From Eledone cirrhosa (taxonomy: Eukaryota), in contig OZ024743.1 of assembly GCA_964016885.1 (NCBI GenBank), positions 371,876,001 to 371,940,000 on the forward strand: a stretch of 64,000 nt of DNA, given 5' to 3'. Each line of letters starts with the position of its first letter. Positions within the stretch are counted from its first letter, which is position 1. Below, in pieces: positions 47,927-61,339 of the stretch. Made by a program: the position numbers and the translations under genes. The notes below the pieces were generated by a model that was given only the letters and a program-made list of their open reading frames with translations, was not told the DNA's origin and made no database searches.

Positions 47927-48599
47927 ATAAAGTAGTATAAGTGAAGACTTTGTTGGGTAGAAATAGCAGCCAAATTTCCTTCAAATCCCACCTTACTTTC
48001 TCAGGTATGTATATATGTATGAAGCAAAAAGGAATGGTTCTATGTGATAACTCGATCTACTAGAAATATTAGCAAAATCCATTTCAAATCACAAACAACT
48101 GTCTTACACACATACATGTGTGTGTATGTATCTATGTATGTCATGTGAGCCACTATAACTGTTGGTATAGCTAATAGAAATAGAAAACAAATCTCCCTCA
48201 AACAAGATCCTACTGCCATAGAGGCAAAGATTGGTGAAAGCTACAGTGTACACATTTAAATATACTTTCCCCGAATTACAGAAATGAGTAAGTAAATGCT
48301 TCATTCAATCATAAACCAATGCTAAATTTATTTAATTTTATTTATGGTTTTTAAAATAGTCTTTACATGTTGTTTGAATTTCACAGGTTTGAGCAAAAAA
48401 AAAAAAAAGAAAGAAAAGAAAAGGATAAATAAAAAAATCTAAAGGTATTTTTTTGGTCATGCCCTTTTCACTGACAACATACCTAATGATTCATCTATAA
48501 GTAAAGCATTATATGCTGACTGTAATAGGGAGCAGTATTAAAAAAATCACCACTGGAAAAAACTATTTTTATGTAGATGATTTACTTTGGGGGTGTTGA

Positions 48600-49170
48600 T
48601 AGAGATGCCTACTGACTGTAGTAGGTTTTTACTTTGTATTTAGTTAAGGCGGGTCTTCTCTATTACTGAGTACCGCCAAAGGTCTCGGTCCAGTGACATT
48701 GTCTTGGAGAGGTGTAAGCGTGTGAGGTCGGAATTTATCAGCTCGTCCCATGTTTTTCTAGGTCTGCCTATTCCGTGGCTACCGTCTATCTTTATTGCCC
48801 TGCACTTTGTTATACAGCTATCGACTTTCATGCGCATCACGTGTCCATACCAACGTAGCCTTCTCTCGAGTAAACAACATCTGATCCCTCTTATTTCTAA
48901 TTTTTTCCTTAGTTCGTTTATGCTTTGCCGTTCACGTATATTACTATTGCACATCCAGCGGAGCATGCAAGCTTCGTTCCTCTCTAGTCTGCGTATATCC
49001 TCTGCACACAATGCCCAGGTCTCACTGCCATGCAGCATTGCTGTTCGTATGCAGGCATCGTATAACCTGCCTTTCATTTTTAGGGAGAACCCTCTAGCGG
49101 CTAATAGTGGTATAAGCTCTCTGAACTTTTTCCATCCAGTTCTGACTCTAGCTACTGTACTTTCAGAGCA
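48600..49170 (-). mobile_element. RTE-clade LINE 3' fragment
   Basis: KGRLYDACIRTAMLHGSETW..RRLRWYGHVMR..GRPRKTW. Confidence 0.9.
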
Positions 49171-49464
49171 ATTATTATTCTGTTTTTATTATTCTGTTTT
49201 TGGCAGGGAGCAGCGATTGTCCCAGCGCATTGGTGGTGCCTTGTTTTGTCGGCTCTGTGGGGATAAAGGACAGGGTTGACCTCGGCGGGATTTGAGCCCA
49301 GAGTGTGGAGGGCCGTAGCTCTATGCTGTAAAACAATTATTATAATGATACTGAACAGTAACACACAGCTTCAATTATACTAACTCTTTCGAAAGTCAAC
49401 AGTTGACATGATCTTGTATCAGTAATGACGGTAATATATATGTGTGTGTGTTTGTATGCATGAG

Positions 49465-49522
<58 letters not shown>

Positions 49523-49574
49523 GTACGTATGAGTGTCAATAAGTGATTTTTTTTTTTTTTTTTTTTTTTTTTGC

Positions 49575-50225
49575 GTGCGGGGACATAGAAATTATCGGGT
49601 GCTATAGAAGTGGTTGATAGCTTCCGATGCCTGGGAGATCAGATTAGCATGGGAGGGGGGTGTTCCGAGGCCATAGTATCTAGAATAAGGACGGGTTGAA
49701 AGAAGTTTAGGGAGCTGCTTCCTCTGCTGACAAAGAAGGGTTTCTCCCTGCGTACAAAAGGCCGGTTGTATGATGCCTGTGTGAGGAGCGCGATGCTGCA
49801 TGGTAGTGAGACATGGGCAGCAACTGCAGAGGATATGTGACGGCTGGAGAGAAATGAGGCAAGTATGCTCCATTGGATGTACAATGTCAATGTGCGTGAA
49901 CGACCGTGCATGGATGTGTTGAGAGAGAAACTGTGTATAAAGGGATAGATTGTAGTGTGCGGGAGAGGAGACTGCAATGGTACGGACATGTGATGCATAT
50001 GGAAGATGACCGATGGGTGAAGAAGTGCCAGGAAATGCTAGTTGAAGGAAGACGTGGTAGAGGTAGACCACGAAAAACATGGGCGGAGGTGATGAGAACA
50101 GACCTCAGATCACTGAAGCTCACGGTGGAAATGACGAAGGACCGTGACAAGAGGAGAGACGGTGTGCTGAATAGGACCCGTCCCACCCTTGCAAGCAGGG
50201 AAAAGCGGATGTGATGATGATGATG

Positions 50226-50228
<3 letters not shown>
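49575..50228 (+). mobile_element. RTE-clade LINE 3' fragment with (TGA)n tail
   Basis: RRLQWYGHV..GRGRPRKTW, then ACCCGTCCCACCCTTGCAAGCAGGGAAAAG and (GAT)n. Confidence 0.9.
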
Positions 50229-50256
<28 letters not shown>

Positions 50257-50299
50257 TACACACACGCATACACACACACACACATATAGAGGTAGAACA

Positions 50300-50745
50300 C
50301 TGGAAGGTAATATCCGTAGTGGTAGAGTACTCTGTCCTTGGGACGAATTTGGGGGTAGTAGTAACAACAGTTAGTTTACCATACCGAGAACAATTGTTTC
50401 ACCTTATCTTTTATACTTTCTTTTTTAAAGATGGAGCGGTATTTGTGACCTATGGGAAAATGTCTATCTAAGGGGGCTAAAAAAAATTTTCCTACATTAG
50501 TTTTAACGTTGAGTGAGAAGGGAGGAGAGAACCAGATAGTTTGTCTATTGTTACAATGTCTTTTCTTATTGCTGTTGTTAGTGGGGGAGTAAGTAATTGG
50601 TTGCGAGAAGCCGCTGTTAGCTAACACCATGTTATAGTAGGGTGCCGCTCTGTCAAAGATACCCTTATTAGAGGAGAGGTTATAGATTCTAGTACTGATA
50701 TTATTTATGAAGTTTCTACACAAGACACCAACACACATTTTCAAT
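50300..50745 (-). mobile_element. Penelope-like (Hydra-clade-like) fragment
   Basis: RIYNLSSNKGIFDRAAPYY..WFSPPFSLNVKTNVGKFFL..HFP, homologous to 37390-37880. Confidence 0.8.
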
Positions 50746-50749
50746 ATTT

Positions 50750-52185
50750 CATGACAACAATACAAACCATATGCCGTAAGTTTGTCCTAGAGAAAAAGGC
50801 CAACGGACACAAAAATCTTAGTCCCAGACACAGTAAAATCCTTATGAAACGAAGAATTAAGATCTCAAAACCTGTTAAACACACAACAGAAGAACAAGAA
50901 GGAACCCTATCAGAAATAGGCACTACTTGAAATTGAAACTGCACTCAAAGTTTCCCATGAGAAGGAGAGGGCAGAGAGGCCACAGAAAATATTAAGACAA
51001 ACCCTAAGGCCTTCTTTAAATTTGCAAAAGAGATTACCTCGGTACACTGCAAGATTGGGCCACTCTTCCATAAAGATGGTTCATTAACCGAGAAAAGGGA
51101 TAAGTGAAATACTGAATCAACAGTACAAAAGTATGTTCACATGTCCACTGAGGCACATGCAAATAACAAAACCAGAGGATTTCTTTGATGCCACAACACT
51201 CCATGAAGAAATGGTATCCATCAACCACATAGGCATAATGGAGGAAGATGTGATATCCGCCATAGATGAAATTAGAACAAACTCAGCTGCTGGACCTGAT
51301 GGATTCCCAGCAGTCCTCCTAAAAACATGTAAGTGTGCCTTAGCAACTCCACTGATGACCCTCCTCAGAAGTTCTCTGGCTAGCGGTAAACTACTCAGAG
51401 AGCTAAAAGAAGGCACAATATGCTCTATCCATAAAGGAGGAAACAGAGCAGAGGCCAGTCTCCCTGATGTCACATAGCAGTAAGGTCATAAGAATGAATC
51501 ATCGGAAAGAAACTGATCACGTTACTCTAGGAAAATGACCGCCTAACTAGCATGCAGCATGGCTTTTGCCCAGGAAGAGGCAGCCTTTCTCAGCTGCTAC
51601 ATCACTACGACTGGGTACTGAGACAACTACTAGATAGCTCACATGTGGACGTGATATATCTTGACTTTGCGAAGGCCTTTGACAAGGTCGACCACGGAAT
51701 GATTTGTCACAAACTACACGGACTCGGCATAACTGGAAAAGTCGGTGAGTGGCTGCCCGACTTCTTAAAGGACAGAAGCCAGACAGTTGCAGCAAACGGG
51801 GCCCTCTCAAAGGAAACATCAATAACAAGTGGGGTGCCCCAGGGCACAGTCTTGGGACCACTACTGTTTTTGGTGGCTCTCTCAGACATGCCCTCTGTAG
51901 TACATACAACACCCCTCACTAGCTATGCTGATGACCCAAAGGTGGCACAAGCAATCAAAAACCTGGCTGATGCTGCCCTTTTACAACAAGATCTGGATAC
52001 CATATACAAATGGGCGGAAGACAACAACATGCAGTTTAATGTTGGAAAATTTCAAGCCCTACAATACCAACCTACAAATACAATACAACACAGCTACACC
52101 AGACCGGAAGGGATCGAAATTCCGGTGTCCATACGAAACCTGGGAATAGACATGAGCAACGATGCATCTTTTTCTTCACACATCA
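50750..52185 (+). mobile_element. CR1-group LINE fragment (RT)
   Basis: SAAGPDG, QHGF, DVIYLDFAKAFDKVDH, SGVPQGTVLGPLLF, YADD, LQQDLD..WA..NNMQFN. Confidence 0.9.
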
Positions 52186-52564
52186 TACTGATATTAATGC
52201 ATTGTTCTCAAAATAAATAATATCAAAATCTGATAGATTTGATATTATGTGAGATAATTATGAGATAAAGCCTTTACCATGGAAATACAATAGTATATAT
52301 AGAGCAGTATAAATGCTAAAGGGTTAAATTCCTTCAGAATTTCTGATTTTAGATAAATATCAACAGCTTTATATCATAGATCCATGGACAGTTGCAGGTA
52401 GTTTATCAAAAGGGGAAGTTATGTTCCAACCATAAACTTAATAACAAAACAGTTAATTATATTACTAAATCATCTTAAATTCTTGATTATTTTCGAAATT
52501 ATTTGAAATATGGCAAACTAAGAGATTAATGTTTAATTCTTTGCATTATTTTGTCTTGTTTCAG

Positions 52565-52765
52565 AAATAATGCAAGATATTAACCGCCATCACTTATGCA
52601 TGTATGAAAATGATGGTCCTGCAAAGCGGAAGTCTTTTATCATATTCCAACGTGCATTGTTAAAGTTCCAAGAGATAGGGGATGAAAAGCTGAATATGAT
52701 GACTCTTATTATCGATTTAATTGAGAACCGGTCTCGGCAGCTGGAACAAGATCGGGAAAACCTAG
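52565..52765 (+). CDS. ING1: ING1/ING2-like inhibitor of growth protein, internal exon (N-terminal ING domain)
   Basis: TTGTTTCAG acceptor and G|GTAAG donor. Encodes IMQDI..FQRALLKFQEIGDEKLNMMTLIIDLIENRSRQLE, the ING helical domain. Phase 1 to phase 1. Confidence 0.9.
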
Positions 52766-53129
52766 GTAAGTTGTGTTTCCTTGTTTTTACTTTTTAAAAT
52801 TGCTTTTGCCAGGTGGTCAAGGCCCATAGCACTTTTATACATCATCATCATCATCATCATTTAATGTCTGTTTTCCCTGCTAGCAAGATTTGGATGGGCC
52901 TTTACAGACCGAGTCGGTACCCAAACTGGGCTACTGGCCTCCCAGGCAGGTTGAAGGTTCGCATCTCGCTTACAACACACTCTACTGATACATTTTATAG
53001 TGTCACCAATTCTAGAGAGGTCATGTCTTTGACACAACTGAAGGGTCCTCCCAACCTTTTGCTTGGGAAGCTTTCTAAGGCTGGATACCCTTCCTATCAC
53101 CAACCACTTCACAGTGTGTACATATATAT

Positions 53130-54440
53130 ATGAAGTATAATGGGATTGTAGGCAGACTAACAGAAAAAATAAAATTTACATGTGGCAGATGCTAGGAATA
53201 GTGTGTAGTGAGAGTAGGAGTGGAATGAACTTTTTCCAATCTTAAGAAGGTACAATACAAGTAGTTAATAGTTTCAGTTACTTAGGTGACTTAGCAGTGC
53301 AGAGAGTTGCTCTGAAAACATATATTTAGAATAAGAATAGACTAGAAAAAGCGAATACTACCTCTGTGGAGAACGAAGAGGATTTCTCTACGGGCAAAGA
53401 GTAGATGGTATGATGCCTGTGTGAGAAGTGCAATGCCGCATGGCAGTGAGACATGGGTGGTAAATGCAGAGGATATATGAAGGCTGGTGAGAATTGAAGC
53501 AAGCATGTTACTTTGGATGGGTGCATGAATAACGGGGTGTGGATGAACTGTGAGAAGGCAGGTGTACTATTCAAGAGAGATGAATACTGTAGTCATTGCA
53601 CAACTGATTAGGGATCAAATTAACCTAGATGAGATGCAGTTTAGATTTGTGTCAGGAAAAAGTACAATGGATGCCCACTTCCTTATTAGGCAACTGCAGA
53701 AGTAACTAGTTAAAAGTAAACCCCTATTTTGGCATTTGTTAACCTGGAAAAAGCTTTTGACAGGGTCCCCCATTCTGTAATCTGGTGGGCACTTAGGAAA
53801 CTAGGAGTAGATAAGTGTCTTGTGAGGGCAGTACAAGCCACGTACAGAGGTGTAGTCAGCAAGGTTAAAATTAATAATGACTATAGTGAGGAGTTTAGCA
53901 TGTAAGTTGGAGTCTACCATGGCTCCATCCTTAGCCCTCTCTTGTTTATTATTGTCCTCCAAGCTTTAACAAAAAAGTCTAAAATAAATGCCCCTGGGTA
54001 CTCCTGTGTGCTGATGATCTAACTCTCATAGCTGATCTATGGCAGAACTAGAGAAATTCCTGACCTGGAAGCACAGTCTGGAATCAAAAGGTCTTGAAGC
54101 CAACTTGGCAAAGACCAAAGTTCTAGCAAGTAGTAAGGAAAACAAGGCCCTGATCCTGTGCAGAAAAGGAGTAGGTAGAAAATACTATATCCCAAATGCA
54201 AACTATGGGTACATAAGAGATGTAGTAGGATCTAAGACAGGCTAGCAAAAAAACGTAGGTTTTACATGTGGCCTGTTACTTGGGTGACTAACTTAGCAGT
54301 GGAGATGAGTATTCTGAAAGTACAGTAGCCAGAGTGAGAATGGTATGGAATAAGTTAAGGGAGCTACTATCGCTGCTAGTTACAAAAGGTTTGTTTCACA
54401 AAATGAAAGGCAGATTGTATGATGCGTGTATATGAACACC
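53130..54440 (+). mobile_element. Highly decayed RTE-clade LINE fragments
   Basis: QFRFVSGKST, AFVNLEKAFDRVP, GSILSPLLF, ADDL, GLEANLAKTK, KGRLYDAC. Confidence 0.8.
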
Positions 54441-54769
54441 AACCACATTTACAGTGTGGTCTGGGTGCTTTTTGTCGTCTCACCAACATGATCACCTTAC
54501 AGTGTGAACTCGGTGCTTTTCATTGTGGCACCAAATCATCCACTTCACAGTGGACTAGGGGCTTGTGGTGAGGGTGATGCATGTATGTAGGGTAGGTATT
54601 GGAGTGGTAGATCTAGGGTGGGGTACATAGCTGAAGTGTTAGGACGTGGTTGAAGGGTTGAGTTTTAGACGTGGGTGAAGGGGTGGAATGTTAGGATGTG
54701 GGAGATGTATGGAAGGGAGAGGAAGGAAGTGGTGCATACTAGAGACCACTAGATGTATGCTTCAAACCG

Positions 54770-55185
54770 TGCCCATCGGAAGGTGGATCTTCAGCATTAC
54801 TACATATCGCCAGAGATCTCAATCCCTTGTCATCGCTTTTGAGAGGAGCAATTGTGCAAGGTCAGTTTTTATCACTTCATCCCAAGTGTTCTTGAGTCTT
54901 CCTTTTCTATAGCTTCCATCAACTTTGAGTGCTCTGTATCTTTTTATACAGCTGTCATCCTCCATAATCATCACATGTCCACACTGCATCTGACTCTTCG
55001 TATGCCCAGTTTTTCTCTCAGTTCATTGTTGCTTTGTCGTTGTTACATATCCATTGGAGCATGCAAGCTTCATTTCTTTCCAATCTTTGCAGGTGCTCTG
55101 TACATATTGCCCAGATCTCACTTCCATGCATCATTACTGTTTATATACAAGCTTCATACAATCTGCCTTTATTTTTGTGGTTAGA
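54770..55185 (-). mobile_element. RTE-clade LINE 3' fragment
   Basis: Similar to 48600-49170. Probably the continuation of 58655-59085. Confidence 0.75.
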
Positions 55186-58100
55186 AAAAGCTATCTCACT
55201 TACCGCTTTTCATAGGCGCCGCTAAATCCCATGGCTGGTTTCTCCTCTTCCACGTGCGTACGATCCAACTCATTAACACCAGGAGGTGCCAAACTCGCGT
55301 CCACCATGTTCCTCGTCACCGCTAGAGAGAGGCCGACCTGCTGGCCCTTCCGGTCGAGCACCCCTCCGGTCAAGCACCCTTCTGGTCAAGCACTCTTCCG
55401 GTCGAGCACTCCCCAGCTTCCAGCCACCACACACCACACCATACCCATACACCCCCCCTGATCTCAAGGATCAATTTCTCCCTCGTCCTTCTGCATATGA
55501 AAGTCTGCTGTCCAGGTTGGTGGTTTGCGACTTCTTTGCGATCTCCGCAGTGTTGGGGCGGCACTTTGGGTTTCCTCTTCCTCGGAGTCCGTTGACACGG
55601 TGATTCTACGGACATCCAGGACATGATGTGGTACTCCGTCCACGGACACATTGTTATGGGAATTTACGGCCGTCACCGTTCCCCTTCTCCATTGAGATGT
55701 GCAACGTGCATCTGGAGGCTTAACCCAGACTTCTTCGCCCACCTGCACGAATGCACTCTCTCTCCCCACTGGCCGTTGTGGTGGCGTGCACGGGTGCCGC
55801 CACTCGTATCTGAATACTGCTCTGTGTGGCACCGATTCCTCAACCTGTCCCACCCGAGGGGACATGTTGTTCCAGAACACTGCCTCCATTGGTGAGATGT
55901 GGCCCCGTTCAGCCATTGCTTTGATCGTCCGGTGGTGTCGCTCCACAATTCCATTTCCGCTCGGCCTGTACGCCGCTCTGAAGAAACGGTCCACTTTCCA
56001 TCCATCGAGCATCTCCCTCAGCGCCTCCGAGCAGTTCGCCCACAGGGCCCCGCTCAAGAACACCTCTCTCAAGGTCCGCATGATTTCCTCGGCCGTTCCA
56101 GTCTTCATCTCCCTTCATATTGCCATCCGTCCCGGTCCACAGTCGACCATCGAGAGGTACGTTCGCTGTCGGTAGTGCGTTACATCCACTGCCAATCGCT
56201 TCCAGTCGCGATCCACCGGGAGGCCTCCCGTTTCATGCACACCCGGGGCGGGATCAATGGACTGACATTGGACGCAGCCTCTAACCACCCTTTGAATACT
56301 GTGTCTGTTAACGTCCTGGCTAGGGACAGAGTCCTCTCCACTCCCATGTGGTGCATGTCATGCAACCCTTTCAGATCCGACTTGGTCAGCCGACACACGG
56401 CAGCTATCTCCTCTTCTACCTCCTCCGGCGCTTCCATCCAGGCTTTCTTCACCCTGGTTAAGACGTCCGCCCTATTTTTCTCTGAGGGCACGAAGACTAC
56501 GCTGAGTCTCAGGTCGAACTCGGTGGCCAGCTTTCCTAAAGTTCCCAGGCGGCCCTTTATCAGCATCTCCACCGCCCCTTTCGTTCGCACTCTCTTCTCA
56601 CTGGTGAGCACTGATCTCACCCATCCGAGTACAGTAGCCGAGTCGGTGCGTATCTCGATGGTGCGCAGTCCCCACCTCAGGACGAGGTTCACCCCTCTCA
56701 ACACCGCGTCCAGTTCGGCCACATTGATGTGGTTGCAGTCGTCCTTCTTCCTAAGCCAGGCTGCATCCTCCACCTCAACACCTCCTATCTCCAACGTGAC
56801 ACCCAGCGCTATGCTGCTGGCATCGCACCATATGGTCCCGCTCTGCGATTTGGGAACATACCAGCGTCCCCGCACTGGGTCGTCGGCCTTCACCCTCTAC
56901 ACGATCTCCTCCATCATGGCCACCGTCCTCTCTCCCACTCTGTCACTTCAAGTCACTCCTCCCGCTCATCTCTTGACATAGCTGCATGCCGTCCGGAGCC
57001 ACCCAGCAACCGGGTAGTGACCCACCAACTTTCCACATACCGAGAAAAGCTCCCGCCTACTCATACTTGGGCCCAGTTCTGGAACTTCATTTCCCCTCTG
57101 GAATACTAAGACGCCCGTCCTGTCTCGCCGTAGCCTAAGTCCCAGCGCGGCTCCTCCCTCCAACGCTTCTAACTGCTTCGCAGCCAGTCCATACCCCTGT
57201 AAATGGCTCGTGACCTCCGCCACCGACACTACAGACTCGTCCACTAGCATGTCGTCAATGTAGGAATTAGTGGTCATCTTCATCTTGTCGGCCTTTCCCA
57301 GAATGGTCTTGAGGACCGCTGCCATGATCTTCGGTGCGGAGCTCAGCCCGAAACCGAGCCTGGTCAGGCAATATGTCCGGCCCTTATACCTGACCAGCTG
57401 ATACTGCCAGAGCTTCTCATCTATATGCAATTGCAAGTATGGCGACTTTAGATCTACGATTGCGGAACCCCCGTCATGCGTCTCCACTCACGCAGGGTTT
57501 CCCCACAGACATCCGTGACCTCGCCACCCGTGTGGCATGACACGTGCTCGTTCAGCTCCTGAAAGTCCAGTACCGGCCTCACTTTGTTCTTCGTGGGTTG
57601 CACCATCGCCATTAACGGCAATACTCCGCACTTCACCTCCTCTTTCCAAGGAAGCAGTATGCCCTCTTCAATCCATCTCTCTACCTCTCGCTCGAACTCG
57701 CTCCTAATGTCTCCCTTAAATGTGTGTTGATAGCAGCCCACTTTGGTCTTCTGTGTTGGTGGTTCTCCCTTCCAGAACCACTCAACAACCCATCGCTGCC
57801 CATCGAACACGGCCTTGAAGTCTTTGTCCTGCACAGTGTAAGCGGGGTATTTCTCCTCGTGGGCCTTCTGGTTCTCCTGTCGCGTACTCACCGCGCATAC
57901 CAATGCGGCCCCGCCAAACGACACACCAACGTTGTTCACTGTGACGCCTCCTCGACGGCCAATTGCGTCCATGCCCATAACCCCGCCGATGATGGCAGAA
58001 AGCCTTATTTTCCTTCCCTGTACCACCATCTCCACCTCGCTGCGGCCATTCAATTTTCCTACCGTCGACTGCCCTTACGCTGCTCTTCCTTCTTCACCTC

Positions 58101-58655
58101 TGCGCCACCCCCGCGGTCACCAGTGTCGTCGTACAGCCCGTGTCCACGCCTCTACTCGTAAGGGGCAACTACCGGCGCAGTAGTTCCCCTTGCATCGTTT
58201 CCCTGGTCGCAGTTAGTAGCGATGTGGCCTGGTCGCTTACACCGGTAGCATATTATTTCCGGCCTTGACTTTCTAGTCTCTTGCCATGTGCGGGCCCTGG
58301 CACCTAAAACAGCGACCTCTAAACGTTAGCGGGCGACCGTGTGCCATGGTTTCCTCCCTTTCACCATTTCGCTGCCAGCTGTTTTGAGCCTCTGTAATTG
58401 CCATCGCCGCGACACTCTTCTTGGCATCTTCTGCTATGATGCGGGCTTGCTCCACCAGTGCACGCATCTCCATTTCTTTGTAACCCGGGAATTGCTGTAG
58501 TTTCACCGCTATGTCGTCTGGAAATCCATTTATGAACGCCAACCGCACTGTGCATTCGCATTCCACCTGATATCCAGCCAACATGGCCAATCGCCGTATT
58601 TCCGCTGCGAAAATGTCAACGCGTTCACCATTCCATCTAATTCTTGCCAGCATAC
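55186..58655 (-). mobile_element. Decayed LTR retrotransposon (gag-PR-RT-RH-IN, PPT, partial 3' LTR), superfamily uncertain
   Basis: Gag CFRCQGPHMARD, RT (KVRPVLDF, DLKSPYLQ, LGFGLSSAP, YIDD), RNase H (CDASS, HINVAELDAV, TDS), integrase (YRPSGNGIVERHHRTIK). PPT AGGGGGGG precedes TGTATGG at 55451. No 5' LTR. Confidence 0.88.
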
Positions 58656-59085
58656 AAAACCTATGTTCATTTCTAGACTGATACTCATCGTTTGCATTTG
58701 GGACAGAGGATTGAATTTCTACCTACTCTTTTCCTGCACACTGAGTAAGACCATTTCCTTGAGAGAATCTGAGCCCTGTTTCCCTTTCTACTTAGTAGGA
58801 CTTTGGTCTTTGCCAAGTTAACTTTAAGACCTTTTGATTCTAGGTCATGTTTCCAGGTTTGGAATTTCTTAAATTCTACCATGGATTCAGCTACATATAG
58901 GCGTTTCCATTGGAAGCCAGTCTTAAACTCTTCTGTTATAGCCCACAGAGCCATAATAAACAGGAGAGGGCTAAGAACGGAGCCTTGCTAAATTCCTTAC
59001 TATAGTCATTAATTCTATCCTTGCTATCTGCTTCTCTATACACGACTTGTAATGTTTTCACAAGCCATTCAGCTACCCGTGCCTT
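58655..59085 (-). mobile_element. RTE-clade LINE fragment (RT end)
   Basis: QGSVLSPLLF, LESKGLKVNLAKTK, CRKRVGRNSILCPKC. Confidence 0.8.
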
Positions 59086-59959
59086 ACATTTAGCTCTATT
59101 TTGGTATGTTATCTTTTTTGTATTGATATATTATAGTTAGTGAAATATCTTTAGTTACTGAATGTAAATATTTTTATCATTTATAGATATTAATTATTAT
59201 TTTAGGCTTCTCGCTTATGAAGTCAGAATATTTCTCACACTAATACATTAAGACGTGTAAGGTAAATTATTTGAATTTAATTGACTCTATTGAGTTATTC
59301 TTATTGGAATGAACTTTATTTCATTTCTGTTTGTCTAGTGAAATGGTTGTTAGTCTTTTATTGTTTTAATAATAATCTTTGTCTTAATATTCATTTTATA
59401 TATATTTATATTTATATCATTAAAATTGAAGACCTGACATTATTTTAATTTCAATTGCTATTCAATTGCATTTGCATTAACATGAAGTGTTTCCTGATTA
59501 TTTTTTGTCACATATAATTAAACTCTGAAACAACATCTAGTTGTTGGTAAACTCATCCAACAAATGTTGTGATACTTCATTCAGTTTTGATTATATCATC
59601 ATCACCATTATCATCATCATTCAACATCTTTTTTCATACTGACATGGGTTGGACAGGTTGTCACAGAACAATCAGAACTATAGACCTCTCTAGTGTGTCA
59701 ATGCTCTACATCTTACATATATTCCAGTACTTTATATAGTGTACTGGGTGTAGTTTGTTGTAGAACCAGCACTATGGAGACTGTCATGTTCTTGGTACAG
59801 CTTTAGAGTCCTCTCAACACTTTGTTTAGCAACTTTTCTATTGCTGGATACGCTTACTAATACCAACTGTGTTACAAATCATACTTGGTGCATTTTATCA
59901 TGCCACCAGCATTAGTGACACAACTGGAGAGTCCTTTTGATCCTTTGTTTGGCAAGTTT

Positions 59960-59991
<32 letters not shown>

Positions 59992-60166
59992 GTTGGCATT
60001 GGGAAGGGCACCCAGCCATAGAAACCAAGCCCAAATCAGTTCTGTATGAGGATGTCACAGTCTGGTTTGTCTCATAATGGGACAACTCTTCTAACACATG
60101 CTAGTGGGGAAAAATGGGTGTTAAAGGTTATGATAAATATAAAATATATTCTTTTAATTTTTTCAG

Positions 60167-60309
60167 ATCCTTCTTTAGGGAAAGATAATGAAAAGGAAGA
60201 CTTCACTAATGCCAAAGTCAAACAGGAAAATGATAGAAATGAGAAAGCAGGCAGTAAAAGACAACGTCGGCAGAAGACACATGATATTAGTAAAGATGAA
60301 GAGAAAAAG
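60167..60309 (+). CDS. ING1: ING1/ING2-like protein, internal exon (basic NLS linker)
   Basis: TTTTTTCAG acceptor and AAG|GTAAAG donor. Encodes DPSLGKD..KRQRRQK..EEKK. Phases (1 in, 0 out) fit both neighbouring exons. Confidence 0.85.
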
Positions 60310-60471
60310 GTAAAGCAATACGTGTTAAATTATTGAGTATCATTATTTTTTTTTATATCACTACTACAGTGTTGTTGGTTAGTTTCCCAATAGGTCAGAT
60401 ATTGGTTTGCTGCTCTTAGGATGTCAAGAATGGCATATCTGTGCTATTTGGACTGAAAAATTACTTATGTA

Positions 60472-60870
60472 GGTGGTGGATTAACAGAATAATTAGTGTT
60501 GAAAGTTTTGCAGTATTTCTTCTGAATCTTTCCATTCTGAGTTCAAATCCCACTGAGGTCAACTTTGCCTGTCATCCTTCTGTGATTGATAGAGTACCAG
60601 TCAAGTACTGAAGTTGATGTAATTGACTTTTCTTTTCCCTCCAAAATGTGCCAAAATTAGAAAGAATTATTTAGGGTGGTGAATTGGCAGTAGTGATAGA
60701 GTGTTGGACAACATGCTTTGCAGTATATAGTTATGTCCTTTTATGTTCTGAGTTCAAGTCCCATCTGGGTCAGCTTTTCCTTTCCTCCTTGCGGAGTCGA
60801 TAAAATAAAGTACCAGTTACACACTGGGGTTGATTTAATCAACTTTCCCTAAGTCAGAAACCATTATTAC
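60472..60870 (+). mobile_element. Two tandem older tRNA-derived SINE copies (family A-like) in the last ING intron
   Basis: GGTGGTG(G/A)ATT..GAGTTCAA(A/G)TCCCA..GATA..GTACCAGT occurs twice (~60473 and ~60675). Confidence 0.75.
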
Positions 60871-61057
60871 AATCATTTACGAAGCATCAGGTAAATTTTA
60901 AATTATGTTAGCCTTTTGTAAAGTTGCCACAATGCATATCCCACTATAAAAAAGTTGAATAAGTTGGATAAATAAACCCCTGGTGACAATAAGTGGATAG
61001 AGATACCTGGAAAAAGCTAAAACTTTCAAAATTATTATTATTTTCTTTCTTTCTTAG

Positions 61058-61339
61058 GAGGAGAAAGACAGAGTGCCAAGAAAGAAGAAGAAGAGGAAAT
61101 CCAAGAAAGAAAAGGAAAGTGAGAAATCTCCGATCGATCCACCTATTGACCCAGATGAGCCAACCTACTGCGAATGTAACCAGGTGTCATATGGAGAGAT
61201 GATCGGCTGTGATAACGACTTGTGTCCCATTGAGTGGTTTCACTTCAGCTGTGTAAACTTAACTTCTAAACCAAAAGGGAAGTGGTACTGTCCAAAATGC
61301 CGTGGTGACAAGAGCAATGTGAAACGACAGGACAAGTAG
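61058..61339 (+). CDS. ING1: ING1/ING2-like protein, last coding exon (PHD finger)
   Basis: TTTCTTAG acceptor. Encodes [52 protein letters not shown], the ING PHD finger, with a TAG stop at 61337-61339. Confidence 0.97.
   Translation, partial: EEKDRVPRKKKKRKSKKEKESEKSPIDPPIDPDEPTYCECNQVSYGEMIGCDNDLCPIEWFHFSCVNLTSKPKGKWYCPKCRGDKSNVKRQDK

Noticed and set aside
55899-56981. 360-aa + strand ORF
   Set aside because: It is antisense to the LTR-element RNase H/integrase region, with no recognisable motifs.
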